Source of the DNA: a virus
Strand: one strand, 5' to 3'
IMG/VR virus record: IMGVR_UViG_3300009285_000012
DNA length: 49,804 bases
The notes beneath the pieces are model-generated. The model was not told the DNA's origin. It saw only the letters and a program-made list of their open reading frames with translations, and did not search any database. A program made the position numbers and the translations under genes. Shown here one piece after another: positions 25,179-33,209 of the stretch. The first letter of the stretch is position 1; each line of letters opens with the position of its first letter.

Positions 25179-25663
25179 TGAAAGAGTTCAATTATCAGTT
25201 TAGAAAAGGGTTAGTAGTTGGGCTCAGGAGTAGTGAGAATAATCAAAGGAATGAGCAAGCGCTCTTTCTATCCACAGGAATGTATCCTACCCAGGGAGCT
25301 CTCCAATCTCTACCTGCAATCTCTAGACTTGATACTAGTAGTTTGAGCCCTGCTCCGAGTTTCCCCTTTCCTCAGGTCTTTGAACTTAAAGATGGTACAG
25401 TTATGGTCTGTACTGCAACTGAGATCTACACCTATGCCAGTGCAACTTTCACCCAAGAATTGGGAGGATTAGTTGCCGGCCACTTGTGGACTGTAGCAGA
25501 CTTTAATGGATTTATCTTTATGGCCAATGGTAAACAAACTGTACATAGGGATGCAGTGAGTAAGGTGTTTAGTGCTAGTGATATCTATGGGATGGGAAGT
25601 TGTTCAGGGGTCTGTAACTTTAACGGGCAACTCATAGTAGCTGCACCGGATACTATACTTTAA
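25178..25663 (+). CDS. hypothetical tail-module protein (161 aa)
   Basis: TAATG coupling. Ends 1 nt before motif copy 25664. Confidence 0.5.
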   Translation: MKEFNYQFRKGLVVGLRSSENNQRNEQALFLSTGMYPTQGALQSLPAISRLDTSSLSPAPSFPFPQVFELKDGTVMVCTATEIYTYASATFTQELGGLVAGHLWTVADFNGFIFMANGKQTVHRDAVSKVFSASDIYGMGSCSGVCNFNGQLIVAAPDTIL

Positions 25664-25690
25664 TTGCTATGTATCATAAATTAACATAGC
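25664..25690. promoter_or_regulatory. Palindromic-motif copy
   Basis: TTGCTATGTATCATAAATTAACATAGC. 34 nt upstream of ATG 25725. Confidence 0.85.
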
Positions 25691-25724
25691 AACTCAATGA
25701 TCTATATTAATCAAAGGTGATAAA

Positions 25725-26180
25725 ATGGCAGCCGAGGCTTGGAAGATTTTTGATAGTCTGAAAGAGAAAATTGGTGATGGTACTGTTGACCTGGATACTC
25801 ATTCATTTAAGGTAGCGTTGTGGACTAATACTACTGCGCCTGGCCAGACAGATGACTCCTACACTACTGTAGCTGCGACTGGGGGAGAGGTTGCTAATGG
25901 ATTTGGCTACACAACTGGCGGTTGGCCCGTCACTGGCGTAACGTGGAATGAAGCTGCTGGAACTGTGACTTTTGACATGGATAACCCGACTTGGACTGCG
26001 AGCGGCGGTTCGATCGTTTGTCGCTATGCAGTACTCTATGATGACTCTGATGCGGCCAAGAGTCTTGTTGCCCGCAGCCTCCTTGACTCCACTCCTGCAG
26101 ATGTCACTACTACAGATGGAAATACTCTTGAACTCCAGATCGATGCTGCTGGAGTTTTTACTCTCAGTGGTGGGTGGTAA
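25725..26180 (+). CDS. tail-fibre-associated protein, paralog of 28889..29320
   Basis: Shared blocks: D(T/S)FK..L, GYT.GG, W.A(S/T)GG..V......YDD(S/T), DVTT..G.T. The pair flanks the receptor-binding gene. Confidence 0.55.
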   Translation: MAAEAWKIFDSLKEKIGDGTVDLDTHSFKVALWTNTTAPGQTDDSYTTVAATGGEVANGFGYTTGGWPVTGVTWNEAAGTVTFDMDNPTWTASGGSIVCRYAVLYDDSDAAKSLVARSLLDSTPADVTTTDGNTLELQIDAAGVFTLSGGW

Positions 26181-26186
26181 TAGGTT

Positions 26187-28877
26187 ATGGCTGCTCATAG
26201 GTATTGGAGAGTACTGATTCTCAAAAATGATAATCAGGTAACTCATGTTGGGGCCTCAGAGGTTGAATTTCGCACGGCTGTTGGAGGTAGTGATGTTACT
26301 GGATCTGGGACTGCTTCAGCATCTTCGACTTCAGGTGGTGATGCAGCTTCTAATGCCTTTGATAATAATGCTAGTACTAACTGGAGTTCTAATGGATTTG
26401 CCTTTGGAGCTGAGTGGCTTAAGTATGACTTTGGAGTTGGAAATAGTTATGATATTATTGAGGTAGCTTGGACTACTAGATCTGCAGATCAAGATGGCCC
26501 GGTTACTTTCTTTCTACAATATTCAGATGATGACTCTGTTTGGACTACTTCCATAGCATTTTTCAATCAGACTGAATTCACAGCTGCTAATGAGCAGCAT
26601 GTGTTTAATGCAGTAAGTAGTGGGGCCATATCTGCAGATGTATTCCCTCCTAAGATGACTGCTAGCTCTACTCCCTCTCCTTATGTAGCCTCTGCTAGTA
26701 CTGAGTTTTCAGGGTCTTATCCTGCATGGGAAGCGTTTGACTATAACTATAATGAGGAATGGTTTGCTAACACTAATACTGGGTGGCTTAAGCTGGATCT
26801 TGGCGCAGGGAATGGGCAATTAGTAACGTCTGTTGGTTTGCAGAATTTTCAGGCTGCTAATAGGATGCCTAGAGATTTTACAATTCAAGGGAGTAATAAT
26901 GATACTGATTGGACTACTCTTGCAACTGTTACTGGGCAGACTGCTTGGCAGAATGTAGAGATAAGACAATTCACTCTGAGTCCTACAGGTACTTATCGAT
27001 ATTATAAGTTAGATATTACTCTGAACAATGGAGATGGGCTTTGTGGCCTGGATGCATTTTATCTGTTTGTTGCAGATACTACAAATACGATAGCCATTGG
27101 AAGTACTGCAATTACAGTTACTGGGAAGGCTTTGAGTCTACTAATTAGTAATACTATTCTTAAGGCATCTTTGACAATTACTGGAAAGCCTCTCAGCTTA
27201 AAGGGGATATTAATTCCTTCATCAAGTATTACTGTTACAGGAAAGGCTTTAGTAACCCATATAAGTCATCTTGTCTCTATTGCTGCAGGAAGTATAGTAG
27301 TTAATGGTAAAAAATTGTGGCTAAAAGTTATATCTCCTGCTCCAGAGTTTGATTCTACAGATCCTACTGATAGTATTGAGTACGGAGCTGGACATCTTCC
27401 CTGTGGCCATTGGCACTTAGATGAAATTCATGATCCCATTTGGGACTTCACTGAGCAAGTTGAACTTCCTGTGCCTTATCATGAAGATCCTACAGAGCCT
27501 AAAATCTGTGGGCATTGGCATAAGCAGGGAGGTTTTTGGGCTGTTGAGGATATCTGCATAAAGTATGTAGATGAAGAAGTTGTCTCAATGACTAATAATG
27601 GCCCAGGTTTAAATGCTTCTTCTGAGGTAATGCTATATGGTACTGATGAGTTTCTCTATTTGTCTGACGGGGCTACGGGAACTTTAAAAAAGATTGATCC
27701 AGATGATCTGGCCACAATTGTCAGTACCACCTTTCCTATTGCAGATGTAGATAAATTTTATCAGATTGTAGAATTTGATGGATTGATTTATGCTCTTATT
27801 GGAAGAGACGGTTATGATGGGAGATGGATACAAAAAATAACTATGCCAGTCACGACGGAAGCATTTACTTTAGTTGACCCTCCGTTATATGCAGGGACAG
27901 TTATGTATGGAAGTCCTGATGAGCAAATTTACGGATGTTTGTCAGATACAACTGGCTTTGAGGAATTTTATCCTAGTGCTGGAGATTGGGAATCTTCCTG
28001 GGAATTGCTTCCTAGTGATTACTCATACTATGTGAGAGATTATAATGCTGGTGGAGTCGATCATCTTTCTGGCTCACAGATTTTAAATTTCCAAATAATC
28101 CCAACTGTGGGGTATATCTTTAACCATGTCTCATCTTCTGCTATTAGTTTTGAATTTGGATCTTATGTTTCTAAGTGGTCATTTACTGGTCAAAGGATTT
28201 ATTTCTGGAACACACGAAACCATTTTGGCAATTCTGAGATAGTTAAAAATCAGCTCAATGATCAATATGCACTTGTTCGACATGCAGCTGGATTTAGTGG
28301 GAATGAGTTAAAGGTTTATAATAGTGATGCTGAGACTTACGTTGCTAATCATATAGAGACACAGTATAATTATTTAGGAGCAGTTTCAGATGCAGGAATT
28401 TACTATCAAGGATTAAAATGGTGGTTCCCTAATAACACTATATATCATGCCCATAACGAGTGGCCTAGTTTGAACGGAAGGATTCTTGCACTTAACTACA
28501 GCACTGGGCAAGTAGTTCATCAGTATGCTAGAAGAGAATCAATCCAGTCTTTTGTAATTCTAGGTAATTATGTCTACGTCTGGTGGGCACATGATGCGGC
28601 TTTTGCCCCTACTAATAGTGCAAGTTTCATTACCAAACTAACCTTGGATTTAGAGGTAGTTTGTATTGAGCATTGTAAGGGGAATTTTAGTTTCTCCTCA
28701 TTTAAGTATGAAGAGAGTGGAGGAGCACTTGTATCAGATAATTATAGATATATCTATAACTACTCTAATGATCGACTTTATAAGTACAATACTACCCCAC
28801 CACAAGAGATAACTGTAGGAACTTCTGAAGGCCATAACCCTGTCTGGCCATTTGAGAAACAAGACAATAAACTTTAA
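26187..28877 (+). CDS. receptor-binding / tail fibre protein with two discoidin (F5/8 type C)-like domains
   Basis: AHRYWRVLI...ASEVEF...NAFDNNASTNWSS, then a second domain AFDYNYNEEWFANTNTGWLKLDLG...MPRDFTIQGSNNDTDWTTL. Four ITVTGKALSL-type repeats (about 27105-27330). Confidence 0.7.
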   Translation: MAAHRYWRVLILKNDNQVTHVGASEVEFRTAVGGSDVTGSGTASASSTSGGDAASNAFDNNASTNWSSNGFAFGAEWLKYDFGVGNSYDIIEVAWTTRSADQDGPVTFFLQYSDDDSVWTTSIAFFNQTEFTAANEQHVFNAVSSGAISADVFPPKMTASSTPSPYVASASTEFSGSYPAWEAFDYNYNEEWFANTNTGWLKLDLGAGNGQLVTSVGLQNFQAANRMPRDFTIQGSNNDTDWTTLATVTGQTAWQNVEIRQFTLSPTGTYRYYKLDITLNNGDGLCGLDAFYLFVADTTNTIAIGSTAITVTGKALSLLISNTILKASLTITGKPLSLKGILIPSSSITVTGKALVTHISHLVSIAAGSIVVNGKKLWLKVISPAPEFDSTDPTDSIEYGAGHLPCGHWHLDEIHDPIWDFTEQVELPVPYHEDPTEPKICGHWHKQGGFWAVEDICIKYVDEEVVSMTNNGPGLNASSEVMLYGTDEFLYLSDGATGTLKKIDPDDLATIVSTTFPIADVDKFYQIVEFDGLIYALIGRDGYDGRWIQKITMPVTTEAFTLVDPPLYAGTVMYGSPDEQIYGCLSDTTGFEEFYPSAGDWESSWELLPSDYSYYVRDYNAGGVDHLSGSQILNFQIIPTVGYIFNHVSSSAISFEFGSYVSKWSFTGQRIYFWNTRNHFGNSEIVKNQLNDQYALVRHAAGFSGNELKVYNSDAETYVANHIETQYNYLGAVSDAGIYYQGLKWWFPNNTIYHAHNEWPSLNGRILALNYSTGQVVHQYARRESIQSFVILGNYVYVWWAHDAAFAPTNSASFITKLTLDLEVVCIEHCKGNFSFSSFKYEESGGALVSDNYRYIYNYSNDRLYKYNTTPPQEITVGTSEGHNPVWPFEKQDNKL

Positions 28878-28888
28878 GGAGTTAAGTT

Positions 28889-29320
28889 ATGTCAACTGTT
28901 GCGAGTAATAGATTTAAGAAAGAGCTTTGGAATAGTACTATTAATGGTTCAAGTGATACCTTCAAATGTATCTTGATGCAGAGTGGGTTTATCTATAGTC
29001 AGGTGACTATGGGGACTTACGGTGATGTTAGTGCCAGTGAGTTGCCGACTGCTTTGGGGTATACCATAGGAGGAAATACTCTTGCTGGTGTAGCAATTAC
29101 TCAAGATGATACTCTTAACTTGGGCAAGATTGCATGGAATAATACCAGTTGGGTAGCTACTGGAGGTAATCTTGTTGCTAGTGGGGCCATTATCTATGAT
29201 GACACTCATGCTAATGATGTAGTAGTTTGTTACATTGACTTTGGGGGAGATGTTACTACCCTCAATGGAGGTACTTTTACTCTGGCAAATATTTATCTGC
29301 GGGCTAAGAATCCTGCATAA
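28889..29320 (+). CDS. tail-fibre-associated protein, paralog of 25725..26180
   Basis: See 25725..26180. Confidence 0.55.
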   Translation: MSTVASNRFKKELWNSTINGSSDTFKCILMQSGFIYSQVTMGTYGDVSASELPTALGYTIGGNTLAGVAITQDDTLNLGKIAWNNTSWVATGGNLVASGAIIYDDTHANDVVVCYIDFGGDVTTLNGGTFTLANIYLRAKNPA

Positions 29321-29331
29321 GGAGGATTACT

Positions 29332-30555
29332 ATGCCTGTTATTGCAATTGGAGTTGGGGGAATTACTGTTACAGGTAAGAACCTTACACTCCCATTAGAT
29401 GTTAGTCCTATAGACATAACTATAGGAATTGCCTTCGAAGCTAGGGTCACAGGAGTGGTCCCTACTCCGGAAAATATTACCTGGTTTGTTGATAACGACT
29501 CTGGGGCAGATGATGTTCCTACGATTGAGATTGAAGTAGCGGGTTTATCCCTAAACAATACGTTTATAAATTCTTCAGGAGCTAATACTTCTTTTGTTGA
29601 TATAGTAATAGTTCCTCATGGAGATGGCGTTGCTCCAGGATTAGTTGATGATGCCAACTTAGATTTGGAGATACAAGTTAGTGGAGACTGGTACTCTCTA
29701 GGAAGCCAGAATAACTGGGTAGGCTGGAGCAAGATTGGTGAACTTAGTTTTGTTCAAGACAAAAGTAATGAGTCTGGCTATAGGCCGATGGATTGGCCTG
29801 GTAATGTTCTTAGAGTTATGAAGCTGGAAGAGTTTGTAGTAGTTTATGGGACTGGTGGGATTACTTTACTAAATGCTGTTATGGAACCAGTTCCCAGTTT
29901 TGGATTTAAAGATATTTCTGGGGTAGGAATTAAGAGTGTTTACTCTGTCTCAGGAACTGATCAGATTCATTACTTTATTACTACCTCTGGAGATTTGTGG
30001 AGATTGACTACTAAGGGATTGGAGTTCTTAGGGTTCTCAGAATTTCTATCATCAATGAGTAATCCTCTTCTCAACTTCCAGGAATCTGAGCAGCGCCTCT
30101 TTATTAGTGATGGGACTACTGGATATGTATTCTCAGAGGGATTAGGTGGAGGGTATGCTACACTTACTGGAGTGTCGAAGAACTACTACACAGGATCAGC
30201 AGCATTGACAAGTGTGCCTTTCAGTCTTATGACTGATATTATAGATTTCGGGCATAGGGGAATTAAGTTAGTAACCTTTATTGAGGTAGGGGTAGATACT
30301 GATCAGCCTCTCTATGTGGCTCTTGACTTTAGGTATCTTAAGACAGAGGCTTGGAGAACTAGTGATTGGTTCTTGACAAATCCTGAGGGAGTGGCTAGGC
30401 CTAATATTGCAGCAGTAGAGTTTAGAGTCAGAGTTAAGCAGACTGTGTATGATGCCACTAAAATTGATTACATTAATGTTAGGCAACAGAGAGTTGATAA
30501 GAGATTCAGAAGAGGTCCAATGTTTGAGACCTCTGATCAAGGAGGTATTCAATGA
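29332..30555 (+). CDS. tail structural protein (407 aa)
   Basis: The N-terminus repeats the ITVTGKNLTL peptide found in 26187..28877. Position in the tail module. Confidence 0.5.
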   Translation: MPVIAIGVGGITVTGKNLTLPLDVSPIDITIGIAFEARVTGVVPTPENITWFVDNDSGADDVPTIEIEVAGLSLNNTFINSSGANTSFVDIVIVPHGDGVAPGLVDDANLDLEIQVSGDWYSLGSQNNWVGWSKIGELSFVQDKSNESGYRPMDWPGNVLRVMKLEEFVVVYGTGGITLLNAVMEPVPSFGFKDISGVGIKSVYSVSGTDQIHYFITTSGDLWRLTTKGLEFLGFSEFLSSMSNPLLNFQESEQRLFISDGTTGYVFSEGLGGGYATLTGVSKNYYTGSAALTSVPFSLMTDIIDFGHRGIKLVTFIEVGVDTDQPLYVALDFRYLKTEAWRTSDWFLTNPEGVARPNIAAVEFRVRVKQTVYDATKIDYINVRQQRVDKRFRRGPMFETSDQGGIQ

Positions 30556-30986
30556 GTTTGATAATGTTGCAACCACTTCAGATTAGTGCTATGTGGGAGA
30601 ATATTAAACAGAGTGTTATGATTGCTCAGCAGGTTCCTCTGGAGAAGCAGGAGGCTTATGGGACTAAACTCTTGGCTAATCTCCTAAGTGGTAAATTTCA
30701 GTGTTGGGTTGTAAGGAATCCTGCTGCTGAGATAGTGGCCATCGGGGTGACGACCATAGTTCAGGACAACATGTTTGAAACAATTAATCTGCACATCCTC
30801 AGCCTTTATGGTCTTAGAATTCTAACTCCTGATATTGCTGACCGTAGTTTCAAACTCTTCTATGATTTTGCTGTGAGAAATAATTGTGAGAAGATCGTTA
30901 TGACTACCAATGTTCCACGAGTGATTGAACTCGCCACGGCTCAGGGATTTCATGATGTGGCTCATATGTATGAGATAGTTTTATAG
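30552..30986 (+). CDS. hypothetical virion-module protein (144 aa)
   Basis: ATGA coupling. Confidence 0.5.
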   Translation: MSLIMLQPLQISAMWENIKQSVMIAQQVPLEKQEAYGTKLLANLLSGKFQCWVVRNPAAEIVAIGVTTIVQDNMFETINLHILSLYGLRILTPDIADRSFKLFYDFAVRNNCEKIVMTTNVPRVIELATAQGFHDVAHMYEIVL

Positions 30987-30996
30987 GAGGTAGAGA

Positions 30997-31917
30997 ATGG
31001 GCGGAAGTGGTGGTGGAGGGAGTAAGGATAATACTATTAAGTATAGTCCTTATTTAGAAGCAGCACATGGGGTTATACTTAATCACACTGGAGCGGACTA
31101 TCCTGATGAGAGTGTAGTTAGTTTGATGAATGCTGCTTGGGGAAATAGTCCTTATGATGGAGGGATTGAGTTTAACTTAGACCCTCAGTTCTTTGGATAT
31201 AGAGATCAGGCTAATGAAGAAGCTTTTGTTATTACGGACTTTCCCAGCCTTTGGGATATGTTCGGAAAATTTATGGCAGGGTTAGATGTCCATAATCTAT
31301 TCCTACAGACTTACAACGGACTTGTAAGTAGCGCAGAAATTAATGCATCTATTCAGGCCGAGGCGGATATCTTAGATGATATGATTGAATCTAAGACTTA
31401 TCCACGATTTCATGCAGGAATGAGGAATATTAATGCGGTGCAGAGTAGTGCCTTTATGACTGGGAGAGCATTGATAGAGGATGCTAGAATTCTAGCCTTA
31501 AATAAGTTTGCATCAGAAATTCATCTCAAGGTATTTGATGTAAGTACTCAAATGTGGACCGCACATTTGAACTGGAATGATGCAGTCATTAAGAGTTATG
31601 CTGGGATGGTTAAGATGTATCATGCCACAGAGCTGGATGTTGATGCTCATGTTATGGATAGGGCAGGAAAACATGCACTATATGACCTGGAGATAACTAG
31701 ATATTATCGTGATATGTTATCTATTATTAGTGGTGCTGATGCCAGTGAGACTTCAGTTCCTAAGCAATTAAGTCAGGCTCAGAAATCAATTAGTGGGACT
31801 GTTGGAGGTGCTGCTGCAGGTGCTACAATTGGAGGTGCTGCAGTAGGCACGGCCGCAGGAGGTATTTGGGGTGCTGCTATTGGAGCAGTGCTAGGATTTG
31901 CAATGAGTTATATGTAA
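30997..31917 (+). CDS. internal virion protein candidate with C-terminal glycine-zipper TM
   Basis: C-terminal GTVGGAAAGATIGGAAVGTAAGGIWGAAIGAVLGFAM. Confidence 0.5.
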   Translation: MGGSGGGGSKDNTIKYSPYLEAAHGVILNHTGADYPDESVVSLMNAAWGNSPYDGGIEFNLDPQFFGYRDQANEEAFVITDFPSLWDMFGKFMAGLDVHNLFLQTYNGLVSSAEINASIQAEADILDDMIESKTYPRFHAGMRNINAVQSSAFMTGRALIEDARILALNKFASEIHLKVFDVSTQMWTAHLNWNDAVIKSYAGMVKMYHATELDVDAHVMDRAGKHALYDLEITRYYRDMLSIISGADASETSVPKQLSQAQKSISGTVGGAAAGATIGGAAVGTAAGGIWGAAIGAVLGFAMSYM

Positions 31918-31927
31918 GGAGAATGAG

Positions 31928-32377
31928 ATGGCAACATTTGATTTTTTAAGTAGTACTAATCCTGAAACAGGCCAGCAACAGCTCGATCCTAATTACATTA
32001 TGATGCTGGCCCAGATAGCTCAAGATGTAGCACAGGGTAAAGAGGCTGGGGAAGTACTTGGAGGGGCTGCATCTAATTTTACAAGAAGTAGGGCTAATCA
32101 GCAAGCAGCATCAGGAATGTTTAATAATCTGCAGGTGACTCCTAAGGGGCAAGCCGGGCCGGATTCTATCACAAGAAAGCAGACTGCTGAGGGGACTACA
32201 ACAACAATTCAAGAGCCCTCAGCACGGCAGTTGAATACATTTGGAACTACTGTTCCTCCAGAAACAGTCTCGGCTGGGCCAGTTACTAATGGACCTATGC
32301 AAGGTGCTGGGCAGGCAGGAGGAAGCTCCCCTTTTTGGGAAGCCCTCCTTCAGCAGAAACTGGCACGACGTCAGTAG
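31928..32377 (+). CDS. internal virion protein candidate (149 aa)
   Basis: Low-complexity Gln/Gly/Ala-rich. Contains the CCCTTTT heptamer 43 nt before its stop. Confidence 0.5.
   Translation: MATFDFLSSTNPETGQQQLDPNYIMMLAQIAQDVAQGKEAGEVLGGAASNFTRSRANQQAASGMFNNLQVTPKGQAGPDSITRKQTAEGTTTTIQEPSARQLNTFGTTVPPETVSAGPVTNGPMQGAGQAGGSSPFWEALLQQKLARRQ
32329..32335 (+). other. Candidate -1 programmed frameshift heptamer C CCT TTT
   Basis: In the 31928 frame the codons are tcc|cct|ttt|tgg. The -1 frame is open from TTG 32335 to 33204. A 7-bp stem, GCCCTCC (32342..32348) with GGAGGGC (32386..32392), starts 6 nt downstream. Confidence 0.35.
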
Positions 32378-33204
32378 ATGATGGGGGAGGGCGGCCTAGA
32401 TTTGATATGAGAGGGCTTAGTCCTGCAGATGTGCAGTCCCTCCTTGGACATGCCATCAATTATAGGAATGTTCTTGGGGGACAAGAGCTTAGGGGGAAAG
32501 AGGCTCAGGCCAAAGCACTTCAAGATCAGGTAGAAAACTTCTATAGGCAGCAGACTGCTCTAAGAGAGAATCAGAAAGTATTTACTGATACGAATAAGTT
32601 AAATAGGAGTGCAGTATATACGGCTGATGATAAGGCCATGATAGATTGGACTGATGCCCTAGGGAATGTAGTCAAGAGGGAAGTGGTGGGAGATGCCAGG
32701 GATACTAGTCAGGCAATGAAACTTGTCAAGCTGCCTGATGGAACTGTTAGGAGTATTGATCCACAGAAGGTTACTGACCTACCTGCTGGTACTACCCTTT
32801 TAGGAACTGGGGAGCAAGGTGAGAAGGGTCAGTTGACAGAATATCAGAAAGGTGAGCAGGAAATCAAGTTGGCCAGAATTGATCAGATGATGGCCAAAGG
32901 TACTGATGAGAAAGGAAATGAAGTTGACCCTGAGCTTATGGCAGGATTTGCTGATTTCTATAATGCTAGGAATCCATCTAATCAGTGGATCATGGTACCC
33001 GGAACTCCTGGTATGTTTGGCAAGAGTCCTAAGTGGGCTAAGATTCCCAAGTCAGGTGAGGGGATACTTAAGCTTCCTGCAGAGACAGTCCTTGGCAGGA
33101 CTTCCAAGGGTACTGAGGTCACGGTGGAGATGGTTAAGAAGAAAGCTGAGACCTTGGGTGTTAGTCCTGAAGAAGTTCTTAAGCAACTTAGTTTGGTGAG
33201 GTAA
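32335..33204 (+). CDS. internal virion protein candidate (start unresolved)
   Basis: Three options: a frameshift fusion with 31928..32377, a TTG 32335 start (AGGAGG 12 nt upstream), or ATG 32407. Confidence 0.5.
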   Translation: MGSPPSAETGTTSVDDGGGRPRFDMRGLSPADVQSLLGHAINYRNVLGGQELRGKEAQAKALQDQVENFYRQQTALRENQKVFTDTNKLNRSAVYTADDKAMIDWTDALGNVVKREVVGDARDTSQAMKLVKLPDGTVRSIDPQKVTDLPAGTTLLGTGEQGEKGQLTEYQKGEQEIKLARIDQMMAKGTDEKGNEVDPELMAGFADFYNARNPSNQWIMVPGTPGMFGKSPKWAKIPKSGEGILKLPAETVLGRTSKGTEVTVEMVKKKAETLGVSPEEVLKQLSLVR

Positions 33205-33209
33205 TAGAT

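Noticed and set aside
27105-27330. ITVTGK repeats as a diversity-generating retroelement variable region
   Set aside because: There is no reverse transcriptase gene and no template repeat with adenine-specific mismatches anywhere in the window.
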